Positions 19,401-21,300 of a DNA stretch of 21,300 bases are shown here, piece by piece; position 1 is the first letter of the stretch, and every line of letters begins with the position of its first letter. Source of the stretch: Rotaria sp. (lineage: Eukaryota); assembly GCA_905250055.1 (NCBI GenBank), contig CAJNOF010000289.1:125844-147143 (forward strand), given 5' to 3'. A program made the translations under genes and the position numbers. The notes below the pieces were generated by a model. That model made no database searches and was not told where the DNA came from. It saw nothing but the letters and a program-made list of their open reading frames with translations.

Positions 19401-20283
19401 GTTTATGATCGAAAACCCAATGATCCATTGTACTTAGTTCGTACTATGTCATCTGTTCATAGTTCGTTTTTCCACTTTTTCTGTCTTTTCTTAGCTCGAT
19501 GGTCAAATTACACCCGTTACACGTAACTTTTCAGCTGAATTTGTTACCTCATTCGGTAATTTGTCCTTTGTTGTTGTTTGAAAGATATACTGCAATAGTA
19601 TATGAATTCAGGTCAAATAACTGGTGCTCCACTTCTCATTAAACTGAAAAATGTTCGATCTTCAAGAACAATGATTGAAAAGCTCATCAAACTTCAATCC
19701 GAGGTAATATCATTTTCAAAGTTTATTATCGATTCATTGCTTTGCATGTGATTCGAATATAGGACGGTTCATTTACGTTGAATAAAGATTTAGCTGATAT
19801 ACTTCATGTCAATGTTGATACTTTCAATGGTCTAGAACAATATTTATGCGAACAAGGTTTTAAATCACTCGGTAAGATCGTATGATTCATTACAGAGACA
19901 TGAACTTTAATTTTCGTAGCTTTGAACATACAAAACGAAATTGTTCGTTTAATCGGTACAGGCGTCATTCTTCTTTGGCTCGTTCTTCAAATACAAGATT
20001 TACAACAAAATACGTGTCAATTTTTATTTAACATTGAACACATCAAAGTGAATTTTTTTTCCGATCTTTTCAATTTACATCCTACTCTCTCTATGTTGCT
20101 AAGGTTTATCTCTACAACCATTTACCTACTAACATGAGCGAACAAATTAACAAAGCGATCGAATTCTATCAACAAACAAGTCAACGTAATGGTATCTATT
20201 GTAAACAATTAGAATTGAGCGATTCATCGTGGGACATGTTTATTCAACGTATAGTTATCGGCATCGATCATGTCAATAACTAA
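19401..20283 (+). CDS. HSP70-SBD-like gene, 3' exons. Boundaries are tentative: 19401-19435, 19494-19554, 19612-19703, 19763-19871, 19920-~20097, and ~20133-20283, with TAA at 20281-20283.
   Basis: A chain of in-phase exons separated by 48-59-nt GT-AG introns (LDGQITPVTRNFSAEFVTSF / GQITGAPLLIKLKNVRSSRTMIEKLIKLQSE / DGSFTLNKDLADILHVNVDTFNGLEQYLCEQGFKSL / ...EQINKAIEFYQQTSQRNGIYCKQLELSDSSWDMFIQRIVIGIDHVNN*). A TACTAAC branch point precedes the last acceptor. Confidence 0.4.
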
Positions 20284-21300
20284 AAAGTGATTCTGAGTGA
20301 CATATCTTTTTTTTTTCTAATAATTTTGCCATTACACTTTTATTATTCTAATCTTGAAGTACTTCAACATTGCTTATTCTTCAACAAGAAAAGAAACAAA
20401 AGAATTTTAAGGATACAGGTGAATGTACGTGTGATACTAAACATAAGACGCACATCGTCATATTTTTCATGAGTCATGTGTTGGAAAAAGCAGTTGCAAG
20501 AATCTTCAATGCAAATCTTGGTGTACAAGCAATTATTCCTGGTTTACGACTAAATTGATAAATACTTCAATCTTGTTGGAAAATCTGACAAAATTTGCCA
20601 AGATCTAAACGAAGTAGAACGCATGGAAAAACTTGCCATTTCTATCGTTCAACAGACAAATACATTAAAAATTTGTGGTTACTGAGTTTTAAGCTAACAG
20701 TAACATTCTTTCAGCTAGTAAGCCTCATTTTATTTATTATAGACGCCAAAATATAAGGCAGGTGGTTGTTTTTGAATAAGTTTCGATAGGAACAAGCTAG
20801 AGACCTGTGGTTTTCACCATTCAACAGAGAACAGAGATGAGTATCCAGCCATCTGGAATTTCATTGGTCCAATAAGTGACCAATCAAGTGAATTTCCTAA
20901 TAGAAATTTTGAGAATGAGATTCTAAAGAAATTTTCCATTACATTTTGGTTTCTGGTACTACCATTCGATAGAGAAATTCGTTCTCTTTCGATCTACGCA
21001 AATTCTAAATCTGTCACTCGTTCCATTCAAGAGATAGACGGGTTTTGGAAAAGCTTCAGATTTTGCTAAATTGATCTCCAATTATTCGAAAAACTGTCTG
21101 GAGAGGGGTAGTTGATCTTGCTAAGTCAAATGGTGACGTTTATTTTTGGTTTCAAAGTGACTGCAGATATCTTCAGCAGGATTCCTGAAAATCCATATTT
21201 TCCTGCTATGGAAGGTAAATAGCCAATGTGTTGAAAATCTTTCTATAGAGATCTCCAATCGTTTTGAAACAAAAAAATGAACGTTACCATTCGACTTAGC

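Noticed and set aside
20287-20558. Track ORFs 20287-20472 and 20370-20558
   Set aside because: They lie downstream of the HSP70-like stop and are short. Only the tail (SHVLEKAVARIFNANLGVQAIIPGL) looks vaguely protein-like, and no splice context was found. There is not enough to call a gene.

Overview
This window is an AT-rich (~30% GC) eukaryotic nuclear segment. Its genes are interrupted by many short GT-AG introns (typically 45-90 nt) and all sit on the + strand, so it is not prokaryotic: there are no operons and no CRISPR array. I can support four multi-exon genes. (1) ~1190-3276: a bacterial-type beta-class amino-DNA methyltransferase with an SPPY motif IV (the N4-cytosine signature) ahead of a VLDPFAGSGTT motif I, fused in frame to a C-terminal HP1-like chromodomain. 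It is split by two spliceosomal introns and carries a 1-nt frame break inside an A7 run. (2) ~4744-10608: a PARP4 / vault-PARP-like gene with BRCT, PARP helical, PARP catalytic, VIT and vWA domains over about 15 exons. Its catalytic Glu is naturally replaced by Gln. (3) ~13241-13969: a calmodulin-like gene whose EF-hand 1 has lost its -Z glutamate (E to A) and whose EF-hand 4 ends in a premature stop; the initiator Met exon was not found. (4) ~17331-20283: a gene with a low-complexity N-terminus joined to an HSP70 substrate-binding beta-sandwich and no ATPase domain. Between and within the genes are a 505-bp foldback element and a dispersed repeat copy inside the long first intron of the methyltransferase, a 157-bp near-perfect palindrome, two tandem-repeat arrays, and probable decayed mobile-element remnants. 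The methyltransferase-chromodomain fusion matches, as far as I can recall, the N4CMT gene described only in bdelloid rotifers, and the intron sizes and base composition fit that origin. The organism call is inference. All exon boundaries were worked out by hand and may be off by a few nucleotides.
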